From Octopus sinensis (lineage: Eukaryota), in NCBI RefSeq assembly GCF_006345805.1, contig NC_043001.1:134354001-134418000 (forward strand): a stretch of DNA of 64,000 bases. Reading direction: 5' to 3'. Shown here piece by piece: positions 36,673 through 50,312 of this stretch. The notes under the pieces were generated by a model that saw only the letters and a list, made by a program, of their open reading frames with translations, was not told where the DNA came from and searched no databases. Position 1 is the stretch's first letter. The number at the start of each line of letters is the position of its first letter. The translations under genes and the position numbers were made by a program.

Positions 36673-38457
36673 TGGTGAGGGGAGGAAGAGGGGGGCATTA
36701 AGGTGATAAATATATACATAGATGAACTTATATATACTCACTCTAACCTGAAAATTCAGTTCAGCCTATGGAAATCTGTTGTAAATTTGTTAGTTTTTTT
36801 TATCTCAGTATCACATCTGATTGTCTTTGTTATTAAACTGTGAAATTAATTTTCTGTTTGTTATATATTGGAGGTGGAGTAAGTGTAGTAATTTTATTAA
36901 AAGCATGAAAAAGTCTTCTAGGAGCAATTGGTTCCAAATGAAAATGTTTAGTGAACAGATAAGGGACTTTAAAAAATTTAGTGGAGTTTTTTAAATTACC
37001 ATCTTCAATTTTGCAAGTCATATATCCCATACAACAATCTATGTACATCAAGCAATTTTCTTGACTATTATTTTTATGAAGAAAAAAAATGCTTCAAAAA
37101 AATATTGTGTGTTTGTATATATATACATACATACACGCATATATATAATGTATATAAATAATCCAAATTTAAGCAGAACATAGCTCTTACCCTTTCTCTA
37201 GGCTCTCTCTCAATATGAGGACAGTTTGGTAAGTTGGCTAATGTTAACTTAAGATTATTTTCATGTCAGTTGTTGAGGTGGAGTGGTAGTTCTAGGGAGA
37301 AAATATAGAGTAAAGAGTTTACTGAAGTGCGTTGGGTGGCAGGAGGGGGGAGGAAACACTGGTTAAAGTGGAGATTATGTACAATCTGCAGATTATTGTA
37401 GTACACAGTTTAATGTCCATCAAGTAGTTGAAAACTATCAAATTGGTAGTCTGGAATGTAAGAAAGAGACTCATCTAGATATGAGTCCTAGTTTAATATA
37501 GGCAAATTTGTGTCACTCTGGAAATATTAGCTTAGTTCTAATTTGAATTTGCATTGCTTCAGTTTTCAATGTAGATTTGTTTTATTTTTGATAAAACTTT
37601 ATCATATGTGCAGATGTGGTTGTTTCCTTAACACATTCTGGGTTTAGTGTTGCTGCATGGCACCTTGGGCTACTATATAATCCAGGCCAGCCAAAACCTT
37701 GAATGGATTTGGTAGAGAGAATCTGAAAAATCTCTCTCTCTCTCTGTCCCCTTCTACTGCTTGACAACTAGTGTTGGTTTGTTTATATCCCCATTCCTTA
37801 TGGTCAGCGAAAGAGACCAATTGATTAAGTCTCAGGCTTTTAAAAATAAGTCCTGAGAATGATTTGTCTGACTAAACATGGCAAGGTGGCACCCAAGCAA
37901 GGCCACTGCCCAATGACAAGTAAAAAAGGTATTAATTTCACACAACTGTTAGCATAACTCAAACTTGGTTTGCTCTCTCCTTGGTAGGTTTTATTCCATG
38001 ACTTAAATGTTTATTCTTATCTAATTTCTTATTTATTTAATTCCACTAGGCTAAAATCTTTTACACTGACTTTTTAATCTGAGATTTGTTTTTGACTACT
38101 TTTGGAGCTCTGGAGCCAAAAATCCCAGTTTTTGTTCATTATGTCAATTTTTTGTTCTGCACCCATTTTAGACCTAATCTTGAGCATATTTTAGATGCTG
38201 GTTGCAAAAATTTCTAATTTATAAGGTTTTATTCTGATGATAAATCTTGGACAGTGTATTGCATCATTAAAATAACTACATATTACTACTAAATCAGCTT
38301 TTTTTTAGCCAAAAGATTAGAATAAATGTATTGAATAAAAATGGTGTCTACTTTGGTTACTTATGAAATAAGCTCCCTGGACTGAGCATGAAAAAACATG
38401 TTAGGGATTTTTGATGGACCTTAGATAAAACAGCTTTTAAAAGATTCTTATTTTATA

Positions 38458-40165
38458 TAGATAGCTTTTGTGGACTTGAAGAAAGCTTTTGACAGGGTCT
38501 CCCGATTCCTTATCTGGTGGGCAATGCGGAAACTGGAGATTGACGAATGGTTAATAAGGGCTGTACAGCCCCTTTACAGAGAGGCCGTTAGTAAGGTTAG
38601 GATTGACAATGAGTATAGTGAAGAATTCCGGGTAGAAGTAGGGGTCCACCAAGGTTCAGCCCTCAGTACCCTTTTATTCATCATAGTCCTCCAGGCAATA
38701 ACAGAGGAATTCAAGACGGGTTGCCTCTGGGAGCTCCTCTATGCTGATGACCTGACCCTCATAGCAGAATCACTACTGTAACTAGAAAAGAAATTTCGTG
38801 TGTGGAAGCTAGGTTTAGAATCAAAAGGCCTTAGAGTCAATGTAGCAAAAACCAAAGTTCTAGTAAGTAGGAAGGCGAACTCACCACACACCGCCTTAGG
38901 TAGGTGGCCCTGCTCGATCTGTAGAAAAGGTGTAGGTAGAAACTCCATAAGATGTACCCAATGTAAGCTATGGACACATAAATGATGCAGCAACATCAAA
39001 GGAAAATTAGCCGAGAAGATAGCTTTTGTGTGCGGCAGATGCACAGGAGCAATAGACACAACAGATTCCATTATACTCCAGGGGGAGAAACTAGTAGTTG
39101 ATAGTTTCCGCTACCTAGGTGACCAAGTTAGTTGTGGGGGTGGATGCTCAGAAAGTGTTACCACTAGAATAAGAATAGCCTGGGCAAAGTTTAGAAAGCT
39201 CCATCCCCTACTGGCAACAAAAGGTCTCTTGCTCAGAGTGAAAGGTATATTGTACAACTCATGTGTGTGAAGTGCCATGCTTAACAGCAGTGAAACATGG
39301 GCTGTGACTGCGGAGGACATATGTAGGCTTGAAAGAAATGAAGCTAGCATGATCTGCTGGATGTGTAATGTCAGTGTCCCTGTACGACAGAGTGTAAGCG
39401 CCCTGAGAGAAATGTTGAACATAAGAAGCATTGGATGTAGCGTGCAGGAGAGACATTTGTGTTGGTATGGACATGTACTACAGATAGATGAGGAGAGATG
39501 TGCAAAGAAGTGCCACTCCCAAGCTGTTGAAGGTATCCGGGGTAGAGGTAGACCCAGGAAGACATGGGATAAGGTGGTCAAGCATGACTTTCAAACACAG
39601 AGGCTATGATGAAGACTGAGACCTCTGGAGATATGCTGTGACTGCAAAGACCCGACAAATAAAGTGAGTTCATGGCTTGCAGGACGGCCTGCTGTGCTTG
39701 AGGAGACCTATTGAGTCAAGTACATCAAAACAAAAATCAAATAGATATTGTAGTTGTGATACCTGTGCCAGTGGCACGTTGGACCTCACAGAGGGAATGA
39801 CAAAAGACTGAAACCCCTGAGATATGCTGTGACTGCAAAGACCCGACAAATGAAGTGAGTTCATGGCTCTCAGGATGGCCTGCTGTGCTAACCTTGAATC
39901 GTGCTTGAGGAGACCTATTGAGTCGAGTACGTCAACATCAAAATAAAAATCAAATGGAAATTGTAGTTATGATACCTGTGCCGGTGGCACGTAAAAAGCA
40001 CCCACTACACTCACGGAGTGGTTGGCATTAGGAAGGGCATCCAGCTGTAGAAACACTGCCAGATCAGACTGGGGCCTGGCGCAGCCTCCTGGCTTCCCGG
40101 ACCCTGGTCGAACCATCCAACTCATGCTAGCATGGAAAACGGACATTAAACGATGATGATGATGA
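38458..40165 (+). mobile_element. 5'-truncated RTE-clade LINE: RT (stops present) with embedded PHD-like finger, 3' UTR and (GAT)n tail; long version of family C
   Basis: FVDLKKAFDRV, GVHQGSALS, YADD (38740-38751), FRYLG, SETW, WYGHV and RGRGRPRKTW motifs; in-frame stops; UTR ends in the family C sequence. Confidence 0.9.
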
Positions 40166-41382
40166 TTTAATAGACAACAGTCTTTGAACTAGTTGTCAAA
40201 AACTTTCTTGGTAGCCATAAGGACATTCTCTCCCATTCTAATAAACTTGGCTATAACATTGAGCATCATGGTATATTATCTTTAGTTATGGAATCACTTT
40301 CTAGAAAAATTTAAGGAAGCAAAGATTCCATCTGGATATATAAGCAATGGAAGATAGAGATACAAAGGAAAGTGGGGTTACACATTTGATGCCTAATTAC
40401 TGCACCATTCAATGGGATAGTCCTGGTAAGTTTCAAGTGCAACTCTAGTGCTCAATTTCAGTGCTTGAATGGAGACATCAGTATCTAAAAAGGTATGCTG
40501 TATCTTCAAAACTAGAGGTAATAGGGGAAAATGGAACCAGTGCTCCAAATATACTCAACTGTCAAGGCATCAGTCTTTTTTTTTTTTTTGTTTCCTTACC
40601 GGTGTTGTTTCCCACTCAGTCACCAACCCCAGCATTTATAATTCTAAATTTGCCTCTTGAAAATTTATCAAGTGTTACTTTGTATTTCCTTCATTGTAGA
40701 ACAATTCACTTTAAAACACTTATATTCAGTTAGAACCATCATCATCATTTTATGTCTGCTTTCCATGCTGATTTGGGTTGAACAGGTCTTCATGGTCCTA
40801 GTCAGTTCTTATTCAAGAGTTACTGTCCTTTTGAAATAGTTGGAGAGACCACAGCTTGCTCATGTGTTTTTCGGTATGGTTTCTACAGCTGGTTGTTATT
40901 TCTAACACCAACCACTTGGTTGAGTGTACTAGGTGCAATTTATCATAGTACTAGCTCCCTTGATATTATTTTGCACTCTGTAAGACAGAGGCCTTCACTA
41001 CTCTATATTTGTCCCTGTTCATTTAGGGCAATGTAAACAATAGAGCTGAAAGGAGGGAGGTCAATTACAGAAGATGAACTAGAGAGAGAGAAAGAAATAA
41101 TATGATGATGGGAAAACAGTGGTTAGGTTGATGGTGTGGAAGAGTAAGGAAAATGGTGCTCAACAGAATAATAAGCACTTATGGTAGATACACATTTGTA
41201 GTTGAATTTGTCAGTCTTGAGTGTGATAGCTATCAATAACAAATCTGTGGAAGCAGGACTGGTGGGCAGTACAGAAGGTGATAAACTCTTAAATCATTAA
41301 CTTGAAATCTTAGTTATTTTATTGGGGGTATTCAGAAGTTAGAATCTAATCAATGGTTTCTAGATGAGACATAAGTGTTTTA

Positions 41383-41426
<44 letters not shown>

Positions 41427-44400
41427 CATATACACACATACGCACACCTTATCTATTTGCATTGCAATTTCCCAATCTTCAGTTTTTTATTTGAAGCAAA
41501 CTTATAAAACTAGTTATCTTTTAATATAGCAAGTAATAGTTCAAGAATATTTCAAGTTGATTCTGTGATGGGTAATATTTAGCTGAAGAGTCTTTAAACA
41601 AATTTATGTAACCATGTCATAATTTGTGAAAAGCAAGCTTGCCCTGTATGATAATAAAAAATAAAGTTATTTCAGTGGAATAAAGAAGGTGCACTTTCAA
41701 TAGAATTATCAGTGTAGACACCCAATTGAACTTGTGAATACAAAGAAGGCAACAAGACTTCAGAATCTAGTTTCTGAGATGATTGTCTATGTCCTGTTGC
41801 TTTATTTTGTTAATAGTGCAGTGAGAACTTGGTGTAGTGTTGGAGTACAAGAGGACTATAATTGAGAGAAGCAAGGCTGAATTATTTAGTGCTGGGTTTA
41901 AGGATGAGATGAGATTGGTGCATTAGGTAGGCTTGTGCTGAGTAGATTTATTAAGAGTAGGTATGTGTGTGTCTGTATATACATCATCACCATGTCAACT
42001 TCTTTTCCATGCTTGCATGAATCAGATGGAATTTGTTGAGACAAATTTTCTCTGATCTGATGTCCTTCCTTGTCAACAAATCTCTCTGGTTTCCAATAAA
42101 ACTTCTTGACTGAACATATTTTTCCGGAAGGCTGGAGACAAATGACACTGACTGATGGTGATGCATGCACATTGTGTGTGTGTGTGTGTGTGTAGATTTG
42201 ATATTATACATATATGACGGGCTTCTTTCAGCTTCAATCTTCCAAACTGCATTCACTAGGCTTTGGCTGGTCTGAAGCTGTAGTAGAAGGCACTTATGCA
42301 AGGAACTGAACTTGAAGCCTTGTTGTTGAGAAGCAAACTTTTTAAGCATACAGGCATGTCTGTGAACTTATAGTAGTTTAGTAACTGATTGGGAACTATC
42401 GTCCGACTTTGAGGAACTCTAGTCTTGTCTAACACCTGATAAGTTGGGAAGTTTAGTTTTGCTCCTCCACAACCATCTACAGATGTATAAGTAATGTCCT
42501 TGGTTATGGAATTAATGCAGGTCTTGCATAAAATGTCAAGTGTGTGTGTGTGAATCATCCCTATGTGCAAAGCATAAAGGAAGAATTGAGGATGGTGTCA
42601 TTTGGACTTAAAATTAACAAGGATGAAATAAGAGACATGATGATAGCAAGAGGAATCTGAGTTAACATCCATCGCTGATGAGGCAGACCTCAAAGCAAAG
42701 CATCTTCATTTGACAGTTCTTGTGACAGACAATTGACACTTTTGTTAATTGTCAAAGACAACAACCTTGCTTTCATCAAAATTCTCAAGGTCAAAAGATC
42801 AACAATGGGAATTGAGAAAGGGAGTTCAGGTAGTCATTTACCTAATGTAGATTTCCTCCCTATTGACTGACAGTAGCAACAGCTTGAAGTCGGTGTACTA
42901 GAGAAATTACTTGTGATTTAAAGTAATGTCGATACTGTGATGGTAGTAGATGTTGAAGAGTAGGGTCTGTGGAGTCAGAGGTGGAAACAATTTGGGTTAC
43001 TTAAGTTGAAGTTAGTAAAAATGTACCAACTCTGACAAAAAGTACATCAAAATTTCCTATTTTACAGTGACTAATTTGACTATTTTCTGTGCTGAGATTT
43101 CCATAAAGGAAGATCTGGTTGAAGAAATTTCATTTCTATGAGATGTTAGTTGGTTTTTTTTTTTTGGGGGGGGGACATCCTTTGATGCAATGTTCCTTGT
43201 ATAAATATTGTAGAGATAAACTTTCCCATCTTTTGCAATCGTCATTTTAATGTACACTTTCCTTGTTTGCATGGGTTAGATGAGTTTAAGATGGATTTTC
43301 TACAACTGGATGCCCTTCCTGTTGCCAGCCCTCACCTGTTTCCAAGCAAGGTAATCTTCTAAGTCTGTCAAACATTGAACAGTTTGGACAGTTATGAACT
43401 GGAATCAAGTTTGAATGAGCTTTTTGTTCACAAAGGATTGCTCAAATATTAAGAAGCACAGGCATGCTTTGGTGGTTGATTGCAAGCTAAGGACCCTATC
43501 TATATTGACAGTGAAACTGTTATTTAAAATCAGTGAACACATATGTACTTTAGTTTCTGCCTATCAATTTCACTCACTCAATATTGATCATCTTGTGGTT
43601 ATTGTATAGAATGCCAGCCACCAATGTTCATGTGAGTTTGAAATCCTAAACATGTGATTCCAAAGCAAAGTTCTTAATCTCACAGTCATACCTATGATAT
43701 AATTTTTCATATATTCACTTCACTTTTATAATCAGACAATGCTTTGATCTTGAAAAAAAATGGTTATTTATCCAATTGAGTTTATTTCTTTTAAAACAAT
43801 CTTTTAAATTGTTAGTCATTACGAATAAAGGAGTTGCATTTGAAAGTTTGTGTTAACTCCACATCCTTCAAAGTGAGTAGTGATATGTTGTTTAGATTTG
43901 AACTATGCCACGAAATTAATGATGGTTTTCATTTGTCATTTCCAAGAGAAATATTTGACAGTTGTGTCTTGCATTGGTTCCATAAAAGATTTGGATTGAT
44001 TTCTTCCTATAGGAATGTGAAAATTGTGTTTTGACCAAATTGTTTATGAGATTAGAGTTGAATATCTTCTATGGCTGATTACTTCCTTCATTCTTCATCA
44101 ACTCCTTGAAGCCACTCTGAATAATGTAGGAAAATGTCCATTACTTCATCTTCATTCTGGCAACCACATGCAAATGAAATGAAATATAGAAAACTTTATC
44201 CAAAAAATAAAAGGAATTAGAGAGGGCTATCAAAAGACTAGCAGCATATGATTCAGTAAAAATTTATTATGATAGTTACTGCACCCCAAATTGTTACAGT
44301 CTATCAAGAAGATTCTAGGCTGAAATCTGATATATTTATGACAGACTTGATGAAGCTTAGCCAAATTGTAGACCATAGATATTAACCAGTGTTTGTAAAA

Positions 44401-44537
44401 GAGATAATTAAGATTTATGAATATAAAGATGACACATTGAGCTGAGAATGTCCAATAAGTAGATAGTATCAGGCATCCAGATAGATGACACTTATCTTGA
44501 ATTTCATAGAAGGATACTCACCTGTAGACTATTGCTT

Positions 44538-45230
44538 ATTGAAGATATCTCTTCATGATAGCACAGCTTCAGTGAAACAAGCTCTGGCCTTCTCTTTAGA
44601 AAGCTTCATTGAGACCACTATTGAAGTATTGCCTCAATATCTGGGACAGTACTGCTGCTGGGCCAGCCTCGCCTGGCCCCCGTGCCGGTGGTACGTAAAA
44701 GCACCATCTGTTCGTGGCCGTTTGCCAGCTCTGTCTGGCACCTGTGCGGGTGGCACGTAAAAAGCACCCACTACACTCACAGAGTGGTTGGCGTTAGGAA
44801 GGGCATCCAGCCGTAGAAACACTGCCAGATTTGACTGGGCCTGATGAAGCCTTCTGGCTTCACAGACCCCAGTAGAACTGTCCAACCCATGCTAGCATGG
44901 AAAGCGGACGCTAAACAATGATGATGATGATAGACTGCGTTAAAAAACAGGCCACTTGATTGGTCAGTACACATACTGCCTCTTCACTCTGCTTTTCTTA
45001 TTGTCTCTACAATGGCTTCTGCTCCTTGGAACTGGCTGGTCTTGTGTCACTTTAACTAAGGTGCCCATATTGTCCACTATCTCAGGCCTCCTACTATTTC
45101 CTTGCCCTTCCTGCCTAAATATCATCTCTCTGGAATTCTTTTCCTATAGCTGTCAAAAGGAACTTAAATTTTGGTGTGAATGAAAAATCTATAGCCATAA
45201 AAAATGTCCTGCTGTTAATAAATCAGATCT
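44538..45230. repeat. Copy 1 of an old ~430-bp direct repeat, interrupted by a family C insertion
   Basis: Aligns by eye with 46124-46550 (GATATCTCTT.ATGATAGCACA, GAATTCTTTTCCTATAGCTGTC, AAATTTTGGTGTGA). Confidence 0.7.
44660..44930 (+). mobile_element. RTE 3' UTR fragment (family C)
   Basis: Subrepeats, core and (GAT)n tail. Confidence 0.85.
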
Positions 45231-46123
45231 GTTTGTAAGTCATTTCTAAACGCAAAGGTTTGAAATAATTAGGCAGTTGTAGCTATTTTAAATTGGAATG
45301 AAAATATACTTCAGAAGAGCTCAAAAATATGTGTTATACTTCTGTATATTAGCAAACATGAAACTTCACACAGTCTGTCATATAATAGTAACTAGTTTGG
45401 TAAGCAAGCAATCCTACAAAATTGTTGTTTTTCTCTAGCTGCTGAAAATTGGAAGAGTTGGATAAATTGAGATATTAGTAAAATTTTTACCCAGCGTTGA
45501 AGGAGGGAAATGTAGTGCATGTAATTTTATTCTATAAATCTGAAGGCTTGTTGACCTCTTTCAGACTTGTGTTGGTGACTGAGAGTGTAAGGTATGAAAT
45601 TACCTGCTCAAAGTTCACAATTCTGAATCCGCTGCAAGCATTGTATTGTATTTCTGGCTAGTTTTATTGTATTGTTTCACTTCATGCAAATCTCCTCTCT
45701 AAATTATTCACAGATGGAGCCCATCTGCCTCTCATCTATTGTATCATAGGCTTCTTGACAGATTGTACCATCAGTGTGTACTGACAGACCCATACTCTAT
45801 CAACTCTGGTGTACCATAAGGTTCAGTTTTACCTCCTCCTCTCTTTTTATATCAATAACCTACTTGCTGTCTCCTCCAACAACACCTACTCTTATGCAGG
45901 TAATATTGACCGTCATTCTTCCTTTACCTTTCAAAGGTAAACAAGATTTTACACTAAAACTGTACGGTTTTCATGAAAAGGGACTTTGGAAACAGTCTCC
46001 AGTGGGGTCTTTTTTACATCAACTCTACCAAAACATCAAGAAAATGATATAGTACTCCTTCCCCCAAATTCAGGAACAACACATAATTAGAACCCTCTAG
46101 CATACGGCAAAGGCTTCAACATC

Positions 46124-46550
46124 ATTGATGATATCTCTTTATGATAGCACATCTTCAACATAAATTCTGGCCTTTTAACTCTTTAGAAAGTTTTATTGAG
46201 ACCAAAAATGAAGCACTGCCTCCATATCTGAGGTAGTACTGCTGCTGCACATAAACAGACATCCTAGACTACATTCAAACGCAAGCCACTTAGCTGTTTG
46301 GTCAATACATGTGTTGCTTCTTCACTCTGCTTGTCTTGCTGTTCTTACTGGTCTTATGTCACCTTAACTTAGGCACACATATTTTGTCCTCAAGCCTCAT
46401 ACTATTTCACCCAGCTCTTCCTTCCCAAATATCATCTCCCTGAATTCTTTTCCTATAGCTGTCGACAAGCATCTGAACAAGAGGAACCTAAATTTTGGTG
46501 TGATTGAAAAACCTTTTGCCATTAAAAAAATGTTCTGCTGTTGATAAACA
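46124..46550. repeat. Copy 2 of the old ~430-bp direct repeat
   Basis: See 44538-45230. Confidence 0.7.
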
Positions 46551-46559
46551 ATATCTTAA

Positions 46560-46780
46560 CCCTTTCATTACTGTATTTATTTTGAGATGCTCTGTGTTTC
46601 TTTCAATTATTTTAAAATATAACAAAGAATTTAGTAAAATAACTTAGTTATCATCAAGCTAGTGTTAGGAATGTAAATTGTGACTAAGGCTTGGTGGAAT
46701 ATTTTAATTCAAAACTTATGAAAACAAGACATTTTACCACATAGCCAGAGCCGGTTTTGGCCGGGTTAGTAACAAAAGGG
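46560..46780. mobile_element. piggyBac-type MITE
   Basis: TTAA|CCCTTT...AAAGGG|TTAA. Confidence 0.75.
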
Positions 46781-47855
46781 TTAATTGTAAGATGATTTGA
46801 CATTTGCAAAGTTATGAGCAATATCACTCCATCAAATTCCTCAACAGAAATTTCTTGACGTTGTAAAACAACAATGATAGATTATTGACAGTGAATTGTC
46901 TTTGATTCCTGAAGATATTGCAAATATGCTTGATACTAAAATCAAATATTTCAATCCATCTCAGAAGGTGAAATGCATTGGTAGAAACAAGCTTAATATA
47001 ATTGGAAGAAACAATTGCTACTGTGTAAATAAAATTTTATTGTCTGTAAAATATTGGATTCTGCCATATTTGGAATCTTTACATAATTTCAACCACTTCA
47101 GATTGAATTTAAAAGTAAATTTCATCTGACTGTTTCTGTTGCATGTATTGTTCCAAAGTTTTATAACATATTTGATATGTTAAAAATGTCAAATATTCAC
47201 TGGCTCCTTGTTCATCAAAATTACTATAATCAACAAAATCAATTATTAAAATGGGTATCTTTTACAGTCTCACAATACTCAAGGAGTTTACAAATTAACC
47301 ACTAGAACATAGTAGCTATAGAACTTTTATGCATGGTTGGGAAGCAAGCTTCTAGACCACATGGTTTTGAGTTGTTCCTCTGCATAGTACCTTGAGTCAA
47401 CCAGACACTTCTAAAAGGATTTGGTTAACAGAAACTGAAATAAGCCTTGTTGTGTATGTTTGAAATTGTGTGATAGTTGTAAATGAGTATCACTGCCATA
47501 CAAGTGGTGTCCTTTGTTTCCAACCTTCGGTGAAACATGTCTGGCGATGAGGAAGTATAAAATGTACCTTTCAAATTTCATCTGACCCATGCAAGTATGG
47601 AAAAAGTGGATGTTGAAATGTCGATGTAGCAGATAGAATACTCATAGGACTGGAATCACACCTTATGTATTCATCAATCAAAGTGAATGATACAATAGCA
47701 TATGGAAAAGAAAACTTAGGTTATGTCTAATGTGAACATGAAAGGCAATAAAACAAAATGAAGAATTACCTGCTACAGCTTTAAACATGTAATCACTTCA
47801 AAACAAAATTTAAGCTCTACACACCATTCAACACTAGAAAGATTAGACAAGTTAA

Positions 47856-48068
47856 CTCTTTAGCATTCAGATTATTTTGTCAAATATAATGCTTATTTAT
47901 TTACATTATTTTCAATTAATCATTATCATCTTGTAGCTCTGAGATTTTGATGGTGTGATTGTTTGTTTTGAAAATGACATTGTAGGGTAGGTGTGAGGCT
48001 TGATCTGACCAGCTTGGACATAAAACAGAATATTTTGATCAGATATGGCTGGTTTAAATGCTAAAGGG
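47856..48068. mobile_element. piggyBac-type MITE (second family)
   Basis: TTAA|CTCTTTAGCATT...AATGCTAAAGGG|TTAA; reverse complement of 49105-49323. Confidence 0.75.
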
Positions 48069-48236
48069 TTAATGAAAAAAGGTTTCATTATTAGTAATCG
48101 CTTGCTGGTTGAAAAGGTGCAAATGATTGAAATATTCCCTCACAACCACATCTTATTTCAATTTGCCACTACAGAGTATGATGCAGTCTTAAAACATTCA
48201 TTTTGAACCTTTAGATAAGCTACTATTACTAAAATA

Positions 48237-48557
48237 GCCCAGACCGGGCGTTGTGAGTGTTTATTGAGCGAAAACACCTAAAGCTCCACGAGGCTCCGGC
48301 AGGGGATGGTGGTGATCCCTGCTGTACTCTTTCACCACAACTTTCTCTCTCTTACTTCCTGTTTCTGTTGTACCTTTATTTCAAAGGGCCGGCCTTGTCA
48401 CTCTCTGTGTCACGCTGAATATCCACGAGAACTACGTTAAGGGTGCACGTGTCTGTGGAGTGCTCAGCCACTTACACGTTAATTTCACGAGCAGGCTGTT
48501 CCGTTGATCAGATCAAATGGAACCCTCATCGTCGTAACCGACGGAGTGCTTCCACCA
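48237..48557 (+). mobile_element. SINE-like element, family F (head truncated)
   Basis: GC-richer interspersed repeat CCCAGACCGGGCGTTGTGAG...GTCGTAACCGACGGAGTG; partial reverse copy at 15745. Confidence 0.6.
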
Positions 48558-49104
48558 TTACTAAAATTACAACAAATAATCCTAACAAACAAAAAGAGCA
48601 GAAAAAATGTCTGCTTCAATGATTATAACTTGTTCTAATGATAAACAATGACTGTCTTTCTATTAAATTTTGTCGTTAATTTCAAGATTTGTTTTACTCA
48701 CGAATTACTAACTTTTGACATTTCTTCTAAATACTCTTTAGTATATGTTGAATGTAGTATTGGATATTCTGTAACTGTCATTTACTAACAACTGAATTGT
48801 CAGAACATGTCTTACTCATGTGTGTTCACCACTTATATAAAATGAATGAGATAACCTCTGTAGAGTGAAATACATCTAGTGTTGAATATTGACTCATTAA
48901 AATTACAGATTATAAAGGATTCAGCAAAATCTTTATAAAGGATTGAAAATTTGTACAATGGAATATATAAAGACATTTTGTCATGCAAGCAAAATACATT
49001 TTCATTAAGTTTTAGCGTGCATAGTACATCTATTTGAATACTAAATAATTTGATGCACTTTATGTTCAGGAAAATTAACTTTCCTATGCTATTGTTTGCA
49101 TTAA

Positions 49105-49323
49105 CCCTTTAGTATTTAAACCGGCCATATCTGGCCAAAATAGCTGATCTGTTTTATGTTAAAACTGAGCAGATCCAGGCTCTCACACCTACCCTACAAT
49201 GTTATTCTAGATTAAGTAATTACACCATCAAGATCTTGAAGATATGAGATAATGCATGATTAATTCAAATCAATGGGAATCAATAGGCATTATGTTTGAT
49301 TGAATAATCTGAACATTAAAGGG
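49105..49323. mobile_element. piggyBac-type MITE (second family)
   Basis: TTAA|CCCTTTAG...TAAAGGG|TTAA. Confidence 0.8.
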
Positions 49324-50312
49324 TTAAACATATTTAGGACTTATTGTGCTTGGCAGTAAACAATATGCTGTCCATGAAAAAACATTACTTATATGATTGT
49401 AATTAATGACATTGTTAGCCTGATGTTCAAATGGACCTGCTTTTAACCATGTAATGTATATTTCAGTGGTTAAAAAAGGCATCATGTTTTATGAAAATTT
49501 AGTGGATTGCTAAAAGCTAGCAAAGCCTAGTATTGACATACTAGTTAGCCATTTAATCAACATATATTGGAAACTGTGGGGATTCTGTTGGCTGAATGTG
49601 TCTTGTTGACTGTTCCACTTAAATGCGATGTTCTAATTAACCTTGACTTTTATGGAATTAAGCTAGTAAGCTGTAAGTGGTTCTGACAATAGACATGTCA
49701 CAGATAGTATACATACTGTCGTTCCTTGGTTGTTACACTTACTTCTATCAGGTATCTTTGCAACCTGTAGATCTCAGCTAATGAAATGTCCTGATGGTAT
49801 ACTCATTTTCAATCCTTTGGATGGTGGTTTTTTTTTGTTTTTTTTTCTTTCTGGTTCAAATGTTCCTCTTTATTTTTAGCGTAAGGATACTACACATGAA
49901 AAATGATGTATTTCTAACTCTTTTCAGTATTTCTGAATATTTTTACTTGAAGCCTTACTCCGTCTTTCTTGTGTATATTTTTTCTTTTACTTTTCACCTC
50001 TACTCATGTTCCTTCATTATTCTTACTGGTTTGCATACGTCTTTATTTCTTTTCCTTTATGTGTGGTGGATTATCTGTTAGTCTTGATGATTGATTCGGT
50101 TATTTGGCCCACTGATTCATACTTGTAAAATTAACATGTAAGCAGCTAAGTCTTTCGTAGACCCATCACACATTTCTCTAGGCCAAGTCAGTGTGACATG
50201 GTTGAAACTTTGAATTATAGATATAACCTAGAGAGAAAGACTGAAAAGTTGAGATCCCAGTATTGGACTAGTGCTTTATCACCCCTAAAACAGTGAAAGG
50301 CAAAGTTGACTT

